Shown: in pieces, positions 59,640 to 64,000 of the stretch
Layout of the letters: the number at the start of each line of letters is the position of its first letter
Numbering within the stretch: position 1 is the stretch's first letter
Notes under the pieces: generated by a model
What the model saw: only the letters and a program-made list of their open reading frames with translations
Databases searched by the model: none
What the model was told of the DNA's origin: nothing
Position numbers and translations under genes: made by a program
Source: Candidatus Multivoradales bacterium
GTDB taxonomy: Bacteria > Acidobacteriota > Thermoanaerobaculia > Multivoradales > J023
Length of the DNA: 64,000 bases
Assembly: GCA_965248925.1 (NCBI GenBank)
Contig: CBDFLE010000005.1
Location: 1,056,001-1,120,000, forward strand
Reading direction: 5' to 3'

Positions 59640-61499
59640 CTAGTCCCGCGGGTCTTCGAACTCGGCGAAATCGTCGCCCGGCGGCACGAAGAGCTGGTAG
59701 TTTTGCCACTCCTCAGCGCCGGGTATCAGGGTGTTAAGGAAGCTGCAATCAAGCTCGTCGGCACCAGTGACTGTGACCGGCTGACCGGTCTTGGCCGTCG
59801 AAGTAGAAGTCCAGTTGGCGAACAGCATGTAGTCGCTGTCAGTAGTGTATTGGGGCCAGGTCACCCCTCCTGCTGTGCCCGGATCGTGAGCGCTCGAGGC
59901 GAAAGCGCCCCAGGAGCTGACCATGGCATTGGAGAGAGCACGAGTTTCAGAATTCGGGTCCGAGCACCAGTTCTGGTCGAACGAACCAAAAACATAGGCC
60001 AGCTCAGCACCGTGGCAGACTTCGTTCTTGCACTGACTGGAAGTCTTCCACAGTGGCAAGTAGAAGGGCGAGGTCGGCACCTGATCGAACTGGTAGGCGT
60101 AGACGGGTCCTGGCGAAGTCTTGGCGAAGTATTGGTTGGCGCAGGTGAAGAGGTAGTCGGTGAGCAAGCGACTGAAGTGGTCCAGGTTCTTCGTCGCATC
60201 GCCGATGTATCCGACCGTGCCGTAGACCTTCGAGCCTGCAATCTTGGTCGCCACGGTCTCATGATGCGGAAAGAGATCCTTCAGAACGTGACTGTAGACC
60301 GCGCCCCAAAAGGGGTGGCCGCTTTGGGTCTTGGCCACCGCCGCAATTCCGTCGGCAAAGATCCGGCCCTCATTGCGATTGGTACCGAACAGCATCGGCA
60401 CTACCTCGGTGCCCATTTTTTTTGCTTCGTAGATAGCGTGGATCGGCTCGTCGGTGATCATCGTGCCATCGACGATCGGCGTCCAGGTCAGGATGTCGAG
60501 ATAGCCGTCCGGCGCCTTCGCAACGTCTGGGGCAATCTCCGCTTTGACGACCAACTGCGGAGCCTGGAGCTTCAGACATTCTAACTTGCTGCTCGTGCTG
60601 CCGGTGCAGCTGAAGTGGCTCGCCAGGTTGTCGAAATACGGCCCGGCCTTTGCCCGGTTCTTGTACGGCAAACCGAGCGGATTGCTCTGCATCGCCGCGG
60701 CCTTGAACATGCCTTTGCTCTTGGGTGCCACCAAAGCGTGCAGCCCCACCGACATACCGCCAGCGCTCTCGCCGAAGATCGTCACGTTATTCTTGTTGCC
60801 GCCGAAGTTGCCGATGTAGCTCTGCACCCAGCGCAGCGCCTGCTGTTGATCGCCGAAGCCAAAGTTGCCGTCCACCGTGCCATCGCTAGAGGCCAGGAAA
60901 CCGAGGGCACCGAGCCGGTAGTTGAAGCTCACCACGATCACATTCTGGGTCGCTGCCAGGCGCGCGCCGTCATAGAGCGCGGTGGCGCTCTCGCCGGCAA
61001 TAAAAGCACCACCGTAGATGTAGACCATCACCGGCAGCTCGGAGGCCATAGTAGCCCCCGCTGGCGTCCACACGTTGAGCGACAGGCAAGACTCGCTCTG
61101 CACCACGCTGCAAACGCCCGTTGAACAGTTTTTGTTGACGGTGTTGGCAGGCTGGCTACAAGCGGCGCCAAAAGCCGTGGCATGCTTGGTTCCGGACCAA
61201 TTCGGCCCAGTCACCTGCGAGTGCTCCCAGCGCGCCGCATTGGCGAACGGGATACCCAGGTAGGCGTGGGCGGTTTGTCCGGCCACCGTCTGCGCCAGAC
61301 CGCAGACCGAAGCGCTACCTCCAAGTGAGATCTGAGTACCGACTGCACAGCTGCCGGCTGCCGGACAGGGCGGGGGCGGAGTTGAAAGAGCTAGTAAGGC
61401 TGTGCCACTGAATGCCAACAGCAAAGTCAGAAAAATCGCTCTTCGCACGGTGCTAGGCGAGCTAAAACAGGCTGAGCGATCTTTTTTTTGGTCCCACAT
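59640..61499 (-). CDS. Secreted type-B carboxylesterase
   Basis: YLGIPFA, SESCLSLNVW, YGGAF, NYRLG, FGESAGG, HGAEL. Confidence 0.93.
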   Translation of the reverse strand: MWDQKKDRSACFSSPSTVRRAIFLTLLLAFSGTALLALSTPPPPCPAAGSCAVGTQISLGGSASVCGLAQTVAGQTAHAYLGIPFANAARWEHSQVTGPNWSGTKHATAFGAACSQPANTVNKNCSTGVCSVVQSESCLSLNVWTPAGATMASELPVMVYIYGGAFIAGESATALYDGARLAATQNVIVVSFNYRLGALGFLASSDGTVDGNFGFGDQQQALRWVQSYIGNFGGNKNNVTIFGESAGGMSVGLHALVAPKSKGMFKAAAMQSNPLGLPYKNRAKAGPYFDNLASHFSCTGSTSSKLECLKLQAPQLVVKAEIAPDVAKAPDGYLDILTWTPIVDGTMITDEPIHAIYEAKKMGTEVVPMLFGTNRNEGRIFADGIAAVAKTQSGHPFWGAVYSHVLKDLFPHHETVATKIAGSKVYGTVGYIGDATKNLDHFSRLLTDYLFTCANQYFAKTSPGPVYAYQFDQVPTSPFYLPLWKTSSQCKNEVCHGAELAYVFGSFDQNWCSDPNSETRALSNAMVSSWGAFASSAHDPGTAGGVTWPQYTTDSDYMLFANWTSTSTAKTGQPVTVTGADELDCSFLNTLIPGAEEWQNYQLFVPPGDDFAEFEDPRD

Positions 61500-61713
61500 T
61501 TCACGTCTCCTTTAGGTTCGGAGCTTCCCCATTCGAGCTCCGGGTTTTGTGGATTCTTGGAGGACGCGAAATCAGCGCGGCGATCTGGTCATCGGCCGAC
61601 CTTTTTCTCATCACGGCAAAAAAATAGATACATGGCGAGATTGCTGTGACAGTATTTATGGCCAAACTGGGCCGCCACCAGGACGTGTCCATACTTTGAG
61701 GAGACGAGACCCG

Positions 61714-63177
61714 ATGAAACCAACTCCCACCGCTGCGCTGATTCTGCTGACGCTGGCCACCTCACCTCTGTGGGCAATCGACTACCATGTCGGTCCAGGC
61801 CAGCCGCTAGCCGCCATCGGCGACGCCCCCTGGGCCACGCTGCAACCCGGCGACCGGGTGTTGATCCACTGGCGGGCGGCTCCGTACCAAGAGAAGTGGG
61901 TGCTCAACCGCCGCGGTACGCCGACCGCCTGGATCTCGGTGCTCGGCGTGCCGGGACCCCAGGGTCAGCCGCCGGTGATCGACGGCCGCGACGCGGTGAC
62001 CCCGGCCGGGCTGAACTTCTGGAACGAAGAGCGCGGGGTGATCAAGATCGGCGGCTCCAACACTCCCCCCGATGGCCTGCCCGCCTATTTGCTGATCGAA
62101 GGTTTGGAAATCCGCTCCGGTCGGCCACCCTTCACCTTCACCAACGATGGCGCCGGCAGCGGCGCGTACGCCCAGAACGCCGCCTCGATCTACATTGAGA
62201 AGGCCGAGCATTTAATTATTCGCGATTGCGTGATCCACGACTCGGGCAACGGCATCTTCGCCGGCTCGTTCAATGGCCAGACCCGCGACCTGCGGATTGA
62301 GCGCAATCACATCTTCGGCAATGGCAACCTGGGCAGCGCCTTCCACCACAACACCTACACCGAGGCGATCGGCGTTCTCTACCAGTACAACCGCTTCGGC
62401 GCCCTGCGCTCCGGCGCCGAGGGCAACAATCTGAAAGACCGCTCAGCGGGCTTGGTCGTGCGCTACAACTGGATAGAAGACGGCAACCGGCAGCTCGATC
62501 TGGTCGAAGGCAGCGCCGAGGTCGCGGCCGATCCTGGCTATGGCCAGACCTCGGTCTACGGCAATGTGCTGATCGAAAGTGACGGCCAGGGCAACAGCCA
62601 GGTGATTCACTACGGCGGCGACGGCGGCAGCACATCCGACTACCGCAAGGGCACGCTGTACTTCTACAACAACACCGTCGTCTCGACCCGTAGCGGCAAC
62701 ACCACCCTGCTACGCCTGTCGACCGAGGACGAATCGGCCGATGTCCGCAACAACGTGCTCTACACCACGGCCGACGGCAGCCGCCTAGCCATGCTGTCCA
62801 CCGCTGGCGCCCTCACCCTGCGCCACAATTGGAGCAAGCCAGGTTGGCGCGACAGCCACGACAGCTTCACCGGCACCATCGACGACGACGGCTCTGGCCT
62901 CACCGGCAGTGATCCCGGCTTCACCGCCGAGGGCACTCAGGGCTACCGTCCAGCGGTCGGCTCGCCGCTGATCGACGGCGGTACTGATCTGCACCCGGCG
63001 GCCCTCTCCCTACCTCTGCTTCGCCACTACGTCCGCCACCGCTCCGACGAGCCCCGGCCAGTAGACGCTAATCTGGACATCGGTGCCTGGGAGCATTGCC
63101 CCACGGCTTGTGTCACCGTGTTTACTGACGACTTCGAGAGCGGAAATACCGCGGCTTGGTCGGCCATCCAGCCTTGA
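61714..63177 (+). CDS. Secreted right-handed beta-helix (polysaccharide-degrading-like) protein with C-terminal VFTDDFESG motif
   Basis: GAGGAG RBS, signal peptide, beta-helix repeats (IIRDCVIHDSGNG, VVRYNWI, FYNNT), SPLIDGG..DIGAWE tail. Confidence 0.75.
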   Translation: MKPTPTAALILLTLATSPLWAIDYHVGPGQPLAAIGDAPWATLQPGDRVLIHWRAAPYQEKWVLNRRGTPTAWISVLGVPGPQGQPPVIDGRDAVTPAGLNFWNEERGVIKIGGSNTPPDGLPAYLLIEGLEIRSGRPPFTFTNDGAGSGAYAQNAASIYIEKAEHLIIRDCVIHDSGNGIFAGSFNGQTRDLRIERNHIFGNGNLGSAFHHNTYTEAIGVLYQYNRFGALRSGAEGNNLKDRSAGLVVRYNWIEDGNRQLDLVEGSAEVAADPGYGQTSVYGNVLIESDGQGNSQVIHYGGDGGSTSDYRKGTLYFYNNTVVSTRSGNTTLLRLSTEDESADVRNNVLYTTADGSRLAMLSTAGALTLRHNWSKPGWRDSHDSFTGTIDDDGSGLTGSDPGFTAEGTQGYRPAVGSPLIDGGTDLHPAALSLPLLRHYVRHRSDEPRPVDANLDIGAWEHCPTACVTVFTDDFESGNTAAWSAIQP

Positions 63178-63274
63178 GCCATTCAGCCTCTGATCGCCCA
63201 CCTTTACGGCGCCTGGTCACCGAGAGTCTTGTGGCAGCGGTTGGCCTTGCTCACCAAGCGACGGGCGTAGATGC

Positions 63275-64000
63275 TCATCTTCGAGCGGCTGTCGTTGGCG
63301 CGACCAAACTTCCAGATCGTGCACGGCTCTGGGCTGAAGCAGTCCGCGCCGCCAGCCATGCCGCCCACTGCACAGCCAGCCGCGGATTGGCGGCGGCCGC
63401 AGCGGCCACTTGTCGAAGCCCCTCGGAGCGGGACTCGATGCTCAACGCCAGCAAGGCGCCACGGATCGCTCGCGCGTCGTCAAGGGAAGAGTCGAGGCGC
63501 AAGGCTTGGTCACAGCTAGCGATCGCCTGCTCGAGTTTCGCCAAGCTCAATCGGGCGGGCGTCTGGGAATCCACCGCGGGCAAACGAGCCTGATAAATCG
63601 CCGGATCCTGACCCGCTGAAGCCAGCAGCCAGCGAGCCGGAGCGAGCTGAATTCTGGCGTCGGTGGGTTCGAGTTCGAGGGCCTTGGCGAAAGACCTGCG
63701 CGCCGCTTGCATGGTTGACCCACTCGGCACCCTTCCCTGACCTTGCCAGATGGCCACTGCGAGCTGCGCCTGGCCCTTGGCCAGCCAGGCATCAGCGCGC
63801 TCCGCGTCGAGTTCAAGAGCACGCTCGGCATGGCCCACCGCGACGGCCGCGGCGCTCTTTGGGGAAGCGCCTCGGCGTAGGTCCCAACGCGCCTCGGTCA
63901 CCGCCAGCTCAGCCAATTCGACTTGCGGTCCTACGGCGCGGGGCAGAGATTCCAGCCCCCGGGAATAGGAGCGCCGAGCCGCTGCCATCCGGCCCACAGG
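63275..64000 (-). CDS. C-terminal part of a TPR-repeat protein (partial)
   Basis: AERALELDAE, FAKALELEP, CDQALRLDSS TPR motifs; ORF enters from beyond the window edge. Confidence 0.7.
   Translation of the reverse strand, partial: PVGRMAAARRSYSRGLESLPRAVGPQVELAELAVTEARWDLRRGASPKSAAAVAVGHAERALELDAERADAWLAKGQAQLAVAIWQGQGRVPSGSTMQAARRSFAKALELEPTDARIQLAPARWLLASAGQDPAIYQARLPAVDSQTPARLSLAKLEQAIASCDQALRLDSSLDDARAIRGALLALSIESRSEGLRQVAAAAAANPRLAVQWAAWLAARTASAQSRARSGSLVAPTTAARR

Noticed and set aside
61562-61592. Third copy of the ECF promoter motif (ATGACC-N18-CGCGTCC) upstream of the carboxylesterase
   Set aside because: The upstream box matches only weakly; not enough support without a genome-wide motif model

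Overview
High-GC (roughly 63-65%) bacterial chromosome segment. Gene content (TIGR02999-type ECF sigma factors beside Ser/Thr kinase-TPR proteins, CHAT protein, secreted proteins ending in IF/VF-x-D/N-G/D-FE-S/T-G) suggests Acidobacteriota/Thermoanaerobaculia; this is inference only. Housekeeping blocks at 1-6 kb and 48.6-64 kb flank three accessory regions. (1) 5.9-24.7 kb is an integrase-less variable island between a PQQ-like beta-propeller gene and a convergent zinc-ribbon Ser/Thr kinase gene. It carries extra, diverged copies of the 3' ends of its flanking genes, a decaying ECF43-type sigma/kinase/metallopeptidase module, a complete 4-ORF IS21 element (IRs and 5-bp TSD found), a 3'-truncated group II intron inserted in an Rhs fragment, and a PCD-like/HTH-TPR module with an 18-bp perfect inverted repeat. 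(2) 32.9-34.8 kb encodes a flavin-dependent Trp-halogenase homologue fused to an RRE/PqqD-like N-terminal domain. (3) 37.2-48.6 kb, the best candidate for an undescribed system, is an ECF sigma factor, a lipoprotein TPR-CHAT (caspase-like) protease, and two repeated units of a zinc-less membrane anti-sigma-like gene followed by Cys-rich secreted subtilase-like paralogs (three copies), each unit preceded by a poly-G tract. No rRNA, tRNA or CRISPR array was recognised. All family calls come from motifs read by eye, not database searches.
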